Source of the DNA: Bordetella parapertussis
GTDB taxonomy: Bacteria; Pseudomonadota; Gammaproteobacteria; Burkholderiales; SG8-41
Direction of reading: 5' to 3'
DNA length: 64,000 nt
Assembly: GCA_945906815.1 (NCBI GenBank)
Contig: CAMDRT010000011.1
Span: forward strand, 27,091-91,090
The notes beneath the pieces were generated by a model. It saw nothing but the letters and a program-made list of their open reading frames with translations, searched no databases and was not told where the DNA came from. Every line of letters starts with the position of its first letter. Positions within the stretch are counted from its first letter, which is position 1. Below are positions 27,998 through 38,346 of this stretch, piece after piece. Both the position numbers and the translations under genes were made by a program.

Positions 27998-28981
27998 ATG
28001 AGACCGGCTCAACCGCTACGCAACCTGAACATCCTGATCGTAGGGTTCGCGGGCTGCTTCGCATCAACCGCCGCCGCGCAGAGTTACCCGATCAAGCCGT
28101 TGCGTCTCATCGTGCCGTTCGCGCCCGGCGGCACCAACGACATCATGGCGCGCGGCATCACGCCGGAGATGAGTGCGATCCTCGGCCAGCAGATCGTCGT
28201 TGACAATCGCGGCGGCGCGAGCGGGCAGATCGGCGCTGAAGCCGTGGCCAAGTCGCCGCCCGATGGTTACACGCTGATGCTGGTGTCGAGTAGCGTGATG
28301 AGCCATGTGCCGGCGGCGTACTCCAAACTGCGCTACGACATGGCGCGGGATTTTGCGCCGGTCGGCAAGGTTGCCGAAGTGCCGCTGGTGATGGTGATGC
28401 ATCTCTCGGTGCCCGCCAAGACCACCAAGGAACTCGTCGCGCTCGCCAAGGCGCGGCCGGGCGAGTTACGGCTGGCGATCGGCGGCACTGGCACCACCAG
28501 CCATTTGGTTACGGAACTGTTCGCGCTCTCCACCGGCATCCGCGTGCTCATCGTGCCCTACAAGGGCGCGGGCCCCGCGCTGGTCGATCTGTTGGGCGGC
28601 CACGTCGACGGGCGCATCGACCAGATACCGTCATCGATGACGCACATTCAATCGCACCGGCTGCGCGCTATCGCCGTCACCACCGCGCGCCGCGCCGAAC
28701 TGCTGCCCAACGTGCCGACACTGAACGAATCGGGCGTGCCGGGCTTCGACGCCAGCTCGATGCTCGGCGTGTTCGTTGCGATGGGTACGCCAGCGGAGAT
28801 CGTGCAGCGCCTGAACGCGGCACTCAACAAGGTGCTGACCCATCCAGCAGTGCTGGAACGCTTCGCGTCACAAGGCGCCGAGGCGCGTCCCGGCAGCAGC
28901 GAGGATTTGGCGAAGTTCGTGCGCGAGGACTTCGCCAAGTGGAAAAAGGTGGTGCAGCAGGCGAAGCTTAAGTTCGAGTGA
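27998..28981 (+). CDS. Bug/TctC substrate-binding protein
   Basis: YPIKPLRLIVPFAPGG, VPYKGAGP; SD ggagga. Confidence 0.93.
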   Translation: MRPAQPLRNLNILIVGFAGCFASTAAAQSYPIKPLRLIVPFAPGGTNDIMARGITPEMSAILGQQIVVDNRGGASGQIGAEAVAKSPPDGYTLMLVSSSVMSHVPAAYSKLRYDMARDFAPVGKVAEVPLVMVMHLSVPAKTTKELVALAKARPGELRLAIGGTGTTSHLVTELFALSTGIRVLIVPYKGAGPALVDLLGGHVDGRIDQIPSSMTHIQSHRLRAIAVTTARRAELLPNVPTLNESGVPGFDASSMLGVFVAMGTPAEIVQRLNAALNKVLTHPAVLERFASQGAEARPGSSEDLAKFVREDFAKWKKVVQQAKLKFE

Positions 28982-29027
28982 CGGGACGTGCGTGTGATCT
29001 ATCGCAACGGCCGCAACGCGGCTAACG

Positions 29028-30023
29028 CTACTTCTTCGCCAATTCCAGATCCACCAGAATCGCCTTGATCTCGGGGTATTCTTCTTCCATGCGTTTTTTC
29101 ATGGCTACGGCACCCACGAATTGGGTGATGCTGCTGCGCTTGACCATTTCCGCCTTCCACTCCGGCGTCTCCAACAAACGCTGAAAATGGCTCTCCCAGT
29201 AGGCCACCTGCTCCGGCGTCATGCCCTTGGCGCCGAACATGGCGCGCCAGTTGAACACCACCGTATTCGCGCCCTGCTCGCGCCACGTCGGCGTGCCCGA
29301 AAAAAATCCCGCTACCCGCTCGGCCGAGGACACCGCAATCACTCGCGCCGCCCCGGTTTTCACGTGAGACTCCCAACTGCCCAACGACACCGGCACGGCA
29401 TCGATATGCCCACCCAGCATCGCGGTAATCGCCAGCGCGCCCGAATCGAAAATCACGTTGCGGGTCTTGCGGATATCGATACCCGCGATCTTCAACGCGC
29501 CCGCCACGCCCTGATGATTGATGTTGCCGATGCTGGTGGCGATGCCGATGCTGTGTGCGGTGGGGTCCTTCTTCAGACGCTCCAGCAGATCGCGGCCCGA
29601 CTTGATCGGCGAATCTGCCTTCACCGCGATGCCGATGTATTCGCCGAACAGAATCGCCACCGGCGTCAGATCAGTGTAGACGCTCCTGCCCATCGCGTGA
29701 TTGGCCAACACCCCCTGGTCGCCGTGATACAGATAATGGCCGTTGCCCTCAAACTGTTTCAGATAGGTGCGCAGGACCGCGCCCATGCCGCCCCCTTTGT
29801 TCTGAATGGTGATCGGCGCATCAAAATAGCGGTGGGTCTGGAACACACGCTGCATGACCCGCGCCACGCTGTCGGGGCCGCAACCTGGCGCGCAGCCCAC
29901 GATAATCTCGACCGGCCGCTCGGGCTTCCAGCCCTGTGTACCCTGAGCGGGCGCGGACAGCGGCATAGCGGCCAACAGTGCCGCGGCAATTTTCAGGTTG
30001 CGCACCCATGCCGAAAGTTTCAT
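29028..30023 (-). CDS. TctC-type substrate-binding protein
   Basis: WKPERPVEIIV, NKGGG, PTWREQG, NWRAMF. Confidence 0.9.
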   Translation of the reverse strand: MKLSAWVRNLKIAAALLAAMPLSAPAQGTQGWKPERPVEIIVGCAPGCGPDSVARVMQRVFQTHRYFDAPITIQNKGGGMGAVLRTYLKQFEGNGHYLYHGDQGVLANHAMGRSVYTDLTPVAILFGEYIGIAVKADSPIKSGRDLLERLKKDPTAHSIGIATSIGNINHQGVAGALKIAGIDIRKTRNVIFDSGALAITAMLGGHIDAVPVSLGSWESHVKTGAARVIAVSSAERVAGFFSGTPTWREQGANTVVFNWRAMFGAKGMTPEQVAYWESHFQRLLETPEWKAEMVKRSSITQFVGAVAMKKRMEEEYPEIKAILVDLELAKK

Positions 30024-30177
30024 GAACCTTCCTCCAACGCATTGTTGATTTAGATCACTCACGCCGCCCGCGCCCCCGACGACCTCACCCCCTCAATCTG
30101 CGCTTTGATAACTGGGAGTTGTGTGTGAGGCATGAAACGCGAACAGTGAAATGTGAAGTGCGGGGCATGGGCACGTT

Positions 30178-31200
30178 TCACGTTTCACTATGCACGGCTA
30201 AATGGCACGCCACGAAATGACCGGGGCTAACCTCGCGCATCGCGGGCTCTTCTACCTTGCAGCGTGCTTCTGCGTATGGGCAGCGTGTGTGGAAGCGGCA
30301 TCCGGATGGCGGGTTGACCGGGCTCGGCACGTCGCCGGCGAGGATCATGCGCCGGCTCTGCATGCCCGGCGCGGGCGCGGGCACCGCTGACAGCAGCGCT
30401 ACGGTGTACGGGTGCAACGGTTTGGCGAATAACGAGCGCTTGTCCGCAAGTTCGACGATCTTGCCGAGATACATAACCGCCACGCGCTGGCTGATGTGCT
30501 TTACCACTGCCAGGTCGTGCGCGACGAACAGATAGGAGAGGCCGAATTCTTTCTGCAAATCCATCAGCAGATTGATGACCTGCGCCTGCACCGAAACGTC
30601 GAGCGCCGATACCGGCTCGTCGCACACGATGAGTTTGGGCCGCGGCGCGAGTGCGCGTGCGATGCCGAGGCGCTGGCGCTGCCCGCCTGAAAATTCGTAC
30701 GGATACTTCACCATCTGATCGGGGCGTAGCCCCACTTTCTCGAACAGCCATGCCACGCGCTCGCGCAGCTGTTGCGCCGGCAGCGCGTCGAAATTGCGGA
30801 TCGGCTCGGCGACGATGTCGGCAGCGCGCATGCGCGGATTGAGCGACGAGTACGGGTCCTGGAACACCGCCTGCAACTCGCGCCGGTGCGGCCGCATCGC
30901 GCGCGCGCTTAACTGATCGATACGCTGCCCGCGCCAGCGGATTTCGCCGCTGCTGGGATCGATCAGCCTGAGGATCGCCTTGCCGGTGGTGGATTTGCCG
31001 CATCCCGATTCGCCCACCAGCCCCAGCGTTTCACCGGCAACAATGCTGAAGCTCACGTCGTCTACCGCATGCACCTGTCCGCTCACTTGCGAGAACACGC
31101 CCTTGCGCAGCGGATAGTGCTTGGTCAGGTGGGAGACTTCGAGCAGTACTTCGCTGGGCGGCGTCAGCTGCGCCTGGTGCGTCTGGCGCGTGAAATTCAT
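30178..31200 (-). CDS. oligopeptide/dipeptide ABC transporter ATPase (OppF/DppF-like)
   Basis: [36 protein letters not shown]. Confidence 0.95.
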   Translation of the reverse strand: MNFTRQTHQAQLTPPSEVLLEVSHLTKHYPLRKGVFSQVSGQVHAVDDVSFSIVAGETLGLVGESGCGKSTTGKAILRLIDPSSGEIRWRGQRIDQLSARAMRPHRRELQAVFQDPYSSLNPRMRAADIVAEPIRNFDALPAQQLRERVAWLFEKVGLRPDQMVKYPYEFSGGQRQRLGIARALAPRPKLIVCDEPVSALDVSVQAQVINLLMDLQKEFGLSYLFVAHDLAVVKHISQRVAVMYLGKIVELADKRSLFAKPLHPYTVALLSAVPAPAPGMQSRRMILAGDVPSPVNPPSGCRFHTRCPYAEARCKVEEPAMREVSPGHFVACHLAVHSET

Positions 31201-32183
31201 GCCAGCACCCGATCGGTTTCCCAGCATGCGACGCTGTGACCTGGAGATTTTTCTTCGAGCGGCGGGTATTCATGGCGGCAGCGCTGCGTCGCGTAACCAC
31301 AGCGCGGCGCGAACACGCAGCCGGCGATGGCTTCTTTCAATGACGGCACCATGCCGGGAATTTCGGTCAGCCGCTTGTTATCATCCTCGTCGGCAAGCCG
31401 CGGGATCGACGCCAGCAGTCCCGCGGTGTACGGATGACGCGGATGTGCGTAGATAGCGGCGACCCGCGCCTGTTCGACGATGCGTCCCGCGTACATCACC
31501 ACTACGCGCTGCGCCATATCGGCCACCACGCCCAGATCGTGCGTAATGAGCACAATGGCGGCGCCGGTCTTGTCTTTCAGTTCGCGCATCAGGTCAAGAA
31601 TCTGCGCCTGTATGGTGACATCGAGCGCGGTGGTCGGCTCGTCCGCAATCAGCAGCTTGGGATTGCACGCCAGCGCCATCGCGATCATGACGCGCTGGCG
31701 CATGCCGCCGGAAAGCTGGTGCGGATACTCGGTGACGCGCCGCTCCGGCTCCGCAATGTGCACCAGCTTCAGCATCTCGATGGCGCGGGCATGGGCATCC
31801 CGGCGCGACAGGCCGCGATGCAGCGTCAGCGCCTCGGCGATCTGGCGGCTCACCGTGAGCACCGGATTGAGCGAAGTCATCGGCTCCTGAAAAATCATCG
31901 AGATGTCGTTGCCGCGTATGCCGCGCATCTCGGCTTCGCTGAGTTGCAGCAGGTCGCGGCCCTGGAAGCGGATTTCGCCGGCAACGACCTTGCCCGGTGG
32001 CGATGCAATCAGGCGCAGGATGGAAAGCGCGGTGACGCTCTTGCCGCAACCCGATTCACCCACCACCGCCAGCGTCTCGCCCGCGTTCACCGTGAACGAC
32101 ACGCCGTCCACCGCGCGCACCACGCCATCGCGCGTGAAAAAATGCGTCTTGAGATTATCGACTTCGAGCAGCGGCGCGCTCAT
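31197..32183 (-). CDS. oligopeptide/dipeptide ABC transporter ATPase (OppD/DppD-like)
   Basis: [26 protein letters not shown]. Confidence 0.95.
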   Translation of the reverse strand: MSAPLLEVDNLKTHFFTRDGVVRAVDGVSFTVNAGETLAVVGESGCGKSVTALSILRLIASPPGKVVAGEIRFQGRDLLQLSEAEMRGIRGNDISMIFQEPMTSLNPVLTVSRQIAEALTLHRGLSRRDAHARAIEMLKLVHIAEPERRVTEYPHQLSGGMRQRVMIAMALACNPKLLIADEPTTALDVTIQAQILDLMRELKDKTGAAIVLITHDLGVVADMAQRVVVMYAGRIVEQARVAAIYAHPRHPYTAGLLASIPRLADEDDNKRLTEIPGMVPSLKEAIAGCVFAPRCGYATQRCRHEYPPLEEKSPGHSVACWETDRVLA

Positions 32184-32186
32184 CCG

Positions 32187-33065
32187 TTACATCCGCCGCG
32201 CGAGTCGCGGATCGAGCGCGTCGCGCATACCGTCGCCCAGCAGGTTGACCGCCAGCACCGTCAGCGACAGAAATATCGCCGGATACAGAATCATGTAACC
32301 CGCGATCTGGAACAGGCTGCGCGCCTCAGCCATGATGTTGCCCCAGCTGGGAATATTCGGCGGCGTACCAGCGCCGATGAATGACAGTATCGCTTCGGTG
32401 ATCATCGCCGAGGCGCACACATAAGTGGCCTGCACCAGCAGCGGCGCCACGATGTTAGGCAATATGTGACGGGTGAGGATGGTCGGCAGCGTGGCGCCGG
32501 CGGCGATGGCGGCTTCGACGAACGGCTGCTCGCGCAAGGTCAGCACGAGACTGCGCACCAGGCGCACCACGCGCGGCACTTCGGCGAGCGTGATGGCGAG
32601 TATCACGTTTTCGATACTGGCCTTGGTCAGCGCCATCAACGCAATCGCCAGCAGCACCGGCGGTATCGACATCAGGCCGTCCATCATGCGCATCACGATG
32701 GCATCGAGCCAGCGCACGAAGCCCGTTACCAGCCCGATGACTAGCCCGGCCAGCGTGCTGAACAGCGCCACCGCGATGCCTACCGTGAGCGACACGCGCG
32801 CGCCGTAGAGCACGCGGCTGTACACATCGCGTCCCAGCATATCGGTGCCAAACCAGAATTCGCCTCCCGGCTGGCGCAACCGCTTGACGGGCATGACCGA
32901 TTGCGGATCGGTGGTGCCCAGCCACGGCGCGCACAGCGCGATCAAGATCATCAGCAGCAACACCACGCCGCCGAATATCGCCGTCGGGTGCCTGCGGAAG
33001 GCCTCCTTGAATCGCAGCAACGTCGGCGAGGTGGAGCGCGGTGTGGTGATGACGTTGGTGCTCAT
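32187..33065 (-). CDS. peptide ABC transporter permease (OppC/DppC-like)
   Basis: GTDMLGRD, EAA loop, PSWGNI. Confidence 0.93.
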   Translation of the reverse strand: MSTNVITTPRSTSPTLLRFKEAFRRHPTAIFGGVVLLLMILIALCAPWLGTTDPQSVMPVKRLRQPGGEFWFGTDMLGRDVYSRVLYGARVSLTVGIAVALFSTLAGLVIGLVTGFVRWLDAIVMRMMDGLMSIPPVLLAIALMALTKASIENVILAITLAEVPRVVRLVRSLVLTLREQPFVEAAIAAGATLPTILTRHILPNIVAPLLVQATYVCASAMITEAILSFIGAGTPPNIPSWGNIMAEARSLFQIAGYMILYPAIFLSLTVLAVNLLGDGMRDALDPRLARRM

Positions 33066-33066
33066 G

Positions 33067-34008
33067 TCAATAGCGGATGCGCGGATCGAAAAACATGTAT
33101 GACATGTCGACCACGAGATTGATAAGCACGTAGATGCCCGAAAACAGCAGTATCACGCCCTGTATGACAGGATAGTCGCGGCGCAGGATCGCATCGACGG
33201 TGAGGCGTCCGATGCCGGGAATCGCGAACACGGTTTCGGTGACGATGGCGCCGCTGATGAGCAGCGCGATGCCGATGCCGATGATGGTCATGATCGGCAC
33301 TGCCGCATTCTTCAGCGCATGACCGTAGAGCACCGCGCCCGGCGCGAGCCCTTTGGCCTGTGCGGTGCGCACGTAATCCTGCGCCAGCACTTCGAGCATG
33401 GAGGCGCGCGTGATGCGCGCGATCAGCGCCATATAAACGGTGCCGAGCGCGATGCTGGGCAGAATCAGGTGCCGCAGCCACGGCCAGAACCCCTCGCTGA
33501 TGTTGCGGTAACCCTGCACCGGCAGCCATTCGAGGTATATCGAAAAAACGCCGATCAGAATGTAAGCCACCACGAACACCGGCAGCGAGAAGCCCAGCAC
33601 CGAGCAAGCCATCACCGAGCGGTCGATCCAGGTGCCGGCACGCGCCGCGGCAAGCACGCCGAAGGGCACCGCCACCAGCACCGCGACGATGAGCGTGCAT
33701 GTGGTGAGCGCGAGCGTGGGTTCGATGCGCTGCCCGATCAAGCGCGTGACCGGTAGATTGGTGAATATTGATATGCCCAGATCGCCGCGCAGCAGCGCCC
33801 CCACCCAACTGCCGAAACGCGGGAAAAACGGCTGGTCCAGCCCGAGATTCGCGCGGATGCGCCGGATGTCTTCGTCGGTGGCGACATCACCGGCAATGAC
33901 CGCCGCCGGATCACCGGGCGTGAAGTAGAGCAACGAGAACACGACCAGCGCGACCACCGCCATGACGACGAAGGTCGAGACAAGCCGTCTCAATACATAC
34001 GCGAACAC
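33067..34008 (-). CDS. peptide ABC transporter permease (OppB/DppB-like)
   Basis: PGDPA, GDLG.S, DYVRTA.AKGL, DPRIRY. Confidence 0.93.
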   Translation of the reverse strand: MFAYVLRRLVSTFVVMAVVALVVFSLLYFTPGDPAAVIAGDVATDEDIRRIRANLGLDQPFFPRFGSWVGALLRGDLGISIFTNLPVTRLIGQRIEPTLALTTCTLIVAVLVAVPFGVLAAARAGTWIDRSVMACSVLGFSLPVFVVAYILIGVFSIYLEWLPVQGYRNISEGFWPWLRHLILPSIALGTVYMALIARITRASMLEVLAQDYVRTAQAKGLAPGAVLYGHALKNAAVPIMTIIGIGIALLISGAIVTETVFAIPGIGRLTVDAILRRDYPVIQGVILLFSGIYVLINLVVDMSYMFFDPRIRY

Positions 34009-34033
34009 CGATAAAGCCGGTACAGGCTAGGCT

Positions 34034-35620
34034 CTATTTTTTCTCCACGTTCCACAGCAGCGCGATCGGCGCGATGATCACGCCCGACAGGTTGCTGCGA
34101 TACGCCGTCGGCAAGATGAATTGCGCGGTGGGAATGAACGGCAGGAACTCGAACGCGCGCCGTTGCACGTCTTCCGCCAGTTTCTTCTGCGTCGGCAGGT
34201 CGGTGGCGTTAAACCACGCTTCGCGCAGTTCTTCGAGCTTGGGATCATTGGGCCAGCCGAACCAGGCTTTTTCGCCGGTGCCGCGAATCGGGAAATTCAC
34301 CGCCGGATTCACCATGTCGGGACCGACCAGCCAGGTATGGAATATCGACCAGCCGCCTTTTTCTACCGGCTCCTTCGATGCGCGACGCGTGATCAGCGTA
34401 CCCCAGTCGCCAGCCTGCAATTCGACGTTGAGTCCGAGCTTGCGTAAAGTTTCAGTGGTGAGCAGCGACTGCGCGTGTACGATCGGCTGATCGGTGGCGG
34501 AGATGATGACGATCTTCTCGCCCTTGTAGCCTGCTTCCTTGATCAACTGCTTGGCTTTTTCCAGGTCGCGCTTGCCCTTCAGCTTCTCGGCGCCGACTTC
34601 GGTGGACAGCGGCGTCCTACAGGTGAAGAACGAGTAGCACGGATAACCGTTTTTTGGGTCGCCCGCGATGCCAAGCACGTAATCTGGTTGATTCACGGCG
34701 TAGAGCAGTGCTTCGCGCATCTTCGGATTGTTGAACGGCGCATGCAGGAAGTTAAAGCGGATCACGCCCATTGAGCCGAGCGGATCGATGTTCTCGATCT
34801 TGATGTCCTTGTTCCTGCTCAGCAGCGGTATCAGGTCGGGTGGCAGTTGCTCCCACCAGTCGGCTTCGCCCGCATTCAGCGCGGCGGCTGCGGTGGCGGA
34901 GTCGGGAATGTACAGCCACTCCACGCGATCGACCTTCACCACCTTGCCGCCGGAAGCCCAGCTCGGCGCTTCTTTGCGCGGTACGTAGTCGGTGTTCTTC
35001 ACGTACACCACTTTATTGCCCGGTACCCATTCGGCGCTGACAAACTTGAACGGCCCCGAACCGATGGTTTCCTTGATGTTGGTGAAGGCATCGGTCTTGG
35101 CGATTCTCTCCGGCATGATGAACGGCACGTTGGAAGAGGGCTTGGCCAGCGCATCCAGCGTCAGCGGGAACGCTTTCTTCAGTTTCAGCGTGAAAGTCCT
35201 GTCGTTTACCGCACTCCACGACGCCGTCGATTCGGCGAGCTTCTGGCCGAGCGCGTCGCGCTTCGCCCAGCGTTCGATGGAGGCTATGCAATCCGCCGAG
35301 CGCACCGGCGCACCGTCGTGAAATTTCAGTCCGTCACGCAAGGTGAAGGTGTACGTGAGCTGATCCTTGCTGATCTCGTGCTTGTCCACCATCTGCGGCT
35401 TGACCTGGAACTTGCCGTCCATCGCGAACAGCGTGTCGTAGATCATGTAGCCGTGATTACGCGTGATGTACGCGGTGGTGGCAATCGGATCGAGGATGCG
35501 TAAATCGGCTTGTGCGATGAACTTCAGCGTCTTCTGCTGCGCGTTGGCGTTGAGCGCGGGCAGCAGCAACATCGCCGCTGCTGCTACGACGCCAAATAAG
35601 CGTGCCACGGCGTATTTCAT
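34034..35620 (-). CDS. family 5 ABC substrate-binding protein
   Basis: Signal peptide, LDP..TTAYITRNHG, FTLRDGLKFHDG, GSGPF. Confidence 0.93.
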   Translation of the reverse strand: MKYAVARLFGVVAAAAMLLLPALNANAQQKTLKFIAQADLRILDPIATTAYITRNHGYMIYDTLFAMDGKFQVKPQMVDKHEISKDQLTYTFTLRDGLKFHDGAPVRSADCIASIERWAKRDALGQKLAESTASWSAVNDRTFTLKLKKAFPLTLDALAKPSSNVPFIMPERIAKTDAFTNIKETIGSGPFKFVSAEWVPGNKVVYVKNTDYVPRKEAPSWASGGKVVKVDRVEWLYIPDSATAAAALNAGEADWWEQLPPDLIPLLSRNKDIKIENIDPLGSMGVIRFNFLHAPFNNPKMREALLYAVNQPDYVLGIAGDPKNGYPCYSFFTCRTPLSTEVGAEKLKGKRDLEKAKQLIKEAGYKGEKIVIISATDQPIVHAQSLLTTETLRKLGLNVELQAGDWGTLITRRASKEPVEKGGWSIFHTWLVGPDMVNPAVNFPIRGTGEKAWFGWPNDPKLEELREAWFNATDLPTQKKLAEDVQRRAFEFLPFIPTAQFILPTAYRSNLSGVIIAPIALLWNVEKK

Positions 35621-35804
35621 AAGCATTCCCCCTTTGCATGGTTAATCGAAAAGCGTTACCGGAACCAACGAATAGGCTTATCGAAGAGCGGTACAGTCGC
35701 CGCCCGCAATCCGCTGCCGGTGACCACTCTATACTATAACAGCAAGGTTGCGTGCGCCGGTGCAAGCCCCTCTCACCAAACCGGTGAGAAGAACGTGCTA
35801 CCGC

Positions 35805-36725
35805 TTAACCCGGAATCACACCACGCGTTTTGGTTTGAATGCGGTAGACGCTGGTGCGCGCGGTTAAAAAAAGCACACTGCCATCTTCGCCCCAGGCCAG
35901 GTTTGCCGGCAGTTCGGGCAGAATGATGCGGCCGAGCAAGGTGCCATCGGCGCGGCACACCCACACCCCGCCCGGACCCGTGCTGAACACATTGCCCTGC
36001 AGGTCCACCTTCAGGCCGTCGGGCACACCGGGGTCGCTGGAGGCCATATCCAGCACAATACGGCTGTGGGTCAGGCTGCCATCCGCACGCACGTCAAAGG
36101 CACGTATATGTTTGCGGGCGGAATCGTCGATATAGAGTATGGCTTCGTCAGGCGAGAATGCCAAACCATTGGGGAGTTGAAAGTCATCCACCAACAATTG
36201 CAGCTCCCCGTCCGGCGCAAGCCGGTAGACCCCGTTACAGGATTGTTCTTTGCCGGGAATGGCAGCGGCCCACCAGCCTTCCGGACGCGTCGCGCCCGGC
36301 GTGCCGATTTGTACCGCGTACGGCGGGTCGGTGAAGTAGATGGCGCCGTCGGATTTGATCACCACATCGTTTGGGCTATTCAGGCGCTTGCCCTGGAACC
36401 GATCCGCCAGCATGGTGCGCGCGCCATCGCCGGTAATGCGCGATACACCGCGGCCGCCATGTTCGGCAGCCAGCACCTCACCCTGACCATCCAGTGTGAG
36501 ACCGTTTGAGCGACCCGTCGCAAAGGTGGTCAGCTCCGGGCCTTCCGGCAAGCGGCGCCAGCGCACGATACGGTTGTTCGGAATATCGCTGAACAGCAGC
36601 GTGTTATCACGCTTGCGCCACAGCGGCCCTTCGGTAAACCCGAGCCCGCCGGCGATGCGCTCGATGGGCGCATCCGCGGCGATGAGGTCATGCAGTCCTG
36701 CGTTTCGCACCTCTAACGTTGACAT
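35805..36725 (-). CDS. SMP-30/gluconolactonase family protein
   Basis: FTEGP.W, FSDIP, NSPND, PNGLAFSPD, PDGLKVD. Confidence 0.92.
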   Translation of the reverse strand: MSTLEVRNAGLHDLIAADAPIERIAGGLGFTEGPLWRKRDNTLLFSDIPNNRIVRWRRLPEGPELTTFATGRSNGLTLDGQGEVLAAEHGGRGVSRITGDGARTMLADRFQGKRLNSPNDVVIKSDGAIYFTDPPYAVQIGTPGATRPEGWWAAAIPGKEQSCNGVYRLAPDGELQLLVDDFQLPNGLAFSPDEAILYIDDSARKHIRAFDVRADGSLTHSRIVLDMASSDPGVPDGLKVDLQGNVFSTGPGGVWVCRADGTLLGRIILPELPANLAWGEDGSVLFLTARTSVYRIQTKTRGVIPG

Positions 36726-36810
36726 CACTTTCTCCTCAAGTTTTACAGCAATGGTTTAGGCCGCGGAAAAGCATACGCTTAGTATCCATTATGGGCCAGC
36801 TTGTCAGCGT

Positions 36811-37017
36811 CCAATGGCACTATCTTAAGCGTGTCCAGGGTGCGCGCCGGTCACCAGCCACAGGTGGTGGCACACGTGCAATGCGCATCCCGCAACGGCG
36901 AACTTCAAGACCATTAACCACGGAAAACGCGGAACACACAGAAAAATTCCGCGCACTTGTTTTTTCCGCGTATTCCGTGTGTTCCGTGGTAAATCGCCCT
37001 TAAGATAGCGCCATTGG
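36811..37017. mobile_element. 207-bp MITE-like element with IS4-like terminal inverted repeats
   Basis: ccaatggcactatcttaag (36811-36829) / cttaagatagcgccattgg (36999-37017), 18/19 inverted; direct repeat tgtcagcgt at 36802-36810 and 37018-37026. Confidence 0.82.
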
Positions 37018-37090
37018 TGTCAGCGTCGCGTTTCCCCAGTGGGCGGATTGCGTGATACGCTTATAGAACGTAATTTCTAGAGAGAGAACC

Positions 37091-37864
37091 ATGGCCTACG
37101 AACATATCCTGGTTGACCACGAAGAGGGCGTCGCCATCCTCACGCTCAACCGGCCAGAGAAACTGAACGCGATGAACCGCAAGTTGGGGCAGGAACTGCA
37201 CCACGCGATGAAGCAGGCTGAAGCGGACGATAGCATAGGCTGCATCGTGATCACCGGCGCCGGTGAGCGCGCATTCACCGCGGGTGGCGATATCCACGAG
37301 CAGTTGTCGAATGATGCAAAGTTTTCCGACCAGCAACTGGATGAGATGCGCGACAACAAGATGCGCTATGAATTATCCGCATGCGCAAAGCCGGTCATCG
37401 GCATGGTGAACGGCCTCGCCTATGGCGGTGGCGCGGTGCTGGTGTCGTCGCTCGATATGCGGGTGGGCTGCGAAGGGTCAAAGTTCCGCTTTCTGGCCGC
37501 TGCCTATGGCCGCATCAACAGCACCTGGACCCTGCCCAACCAGGTGGGTTGGCCGATGGCCAAAGAATTGTTGTTTACCGCGCGTATCGTGGAGGCGGAA
37601 GAAGCCTATCGCATCGGGCTGCTGAATCACCTGGTGCCGCGCGCGCAACTGCGCACCAAGACCATGGAACTCGCCAAGATGATCGCGGCCAACCATCGTG
37701 GCGCAGTCATCGGCGTCAAGGCGCTCTTGTTGCAGCAAATGAATCAAGGGCTGGAAGCGCAGTTCGATGCGGAACACGAATACACCACGCACGTGCTGCG
37801 CGGGGCGAAGGCCAAGGATGCGTTCCCCGAATTCATGGCACGCAAGGGCCTGGTGTCGGGCTAA
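37091..37864 (+). CDS. enoyl-CoA hydratase/isomerase family
   Basis: LNRPEKLNAM, AF.AGGDI, KPVI..VNG.AYGGG. Confidence 0.92.
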   Translation: MAYEHILVDHEEGVAILTLNRPEKLNAMNRKLGQELHHAMKQAEADDSIGCIVITGAGERAFTAGGDIHEQLSNDAKFSDQQLDEMRDNKMRYELSACAKPVIGMVNGLAYGGGAVLVSSLDMRVGCEGSKFRFLAAAYGRINSTWTLPNQVGWPMAKELLFTARIVEAEEAYRIGLLNHLVPRAQLRTKTMELAKMIAANHRGAVIGVKALLLQQMNQGLEAQFDAEHEYTTHVLRGAKAKDAFPEFMARKGLVSG

Positions 37865-37866
37865 TC

Positions 37867-38343
37867 ATGAACAATAATCGCCCTGCTCCCATTGCATTTT
37901 TGAAATGCGTCCTCGCCGCCACCGTTGCCGGTGGCTTGCTTATGGCCGGCACCGCCCTTGCGCAAACCAGCCCTGACGCCACGCTCGCCGCTGCGGCAAA
38001 AGAAGCCGGCGCCACAGTGACCGCCAGCGGCCTGGTCATTCGTATGCTCAAGGAAGGCAAGGGCACTCAGCCCACCGCCTCATCCACCGTCAAGGTGCAT
38101 TACAAGGGCACCTTTCCCGATGGCAAGGAGTTCGACAGTTCCTACAAACGCGGCGAGCCGATTGAGTTTCCGCTGAACGGCGTGATCAAGTGCTGGACCG
38201 AGGGCGTCGCCCTGATGAAGACCGGCGGCAGCGCAAAGCTCACCTGCCCGTCATCGATCGCCTACGGGGCGCGCGGTGCAGGCGGCGTGATTCCACCGCA
38301 TGCGACTCTGGTGTTCGAGGTGGAGCTGCTGGGCGTGCGCTGA
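37867..38343 (+). CDS. FKBP-type peptidyl-prolyl isomerase (exported)
   Basis: VKVHYKG...FDSSY.RG.P..FPL..VIKCWTEG, AYG.RG, IPP..TLVFEVELL. Confidence 0.93.
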   Translation: MNNNRPAPIAFLKCVLAATVAGGLLMAGTALAQTSPDATLAAAAKEAGATVTASGLVIRMLKEGKGTQPTASSTVKVHYKGTFPDGKEFDSSYKRGEPIEFPLNGVIKCWTEGVALMKTGGSAKLTCPSSIAYGARGAGGVIPPHATLVFEVELLGVR

Positions 38344-38346
38344 CGT

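Noticed and set aside
37381-37866. Long N-terminal extension of the FKBP ORF
   Set aside because: An alternate frame overlapping the enoyl-CoA hydratase; the real start with a signal peptide is at 37867
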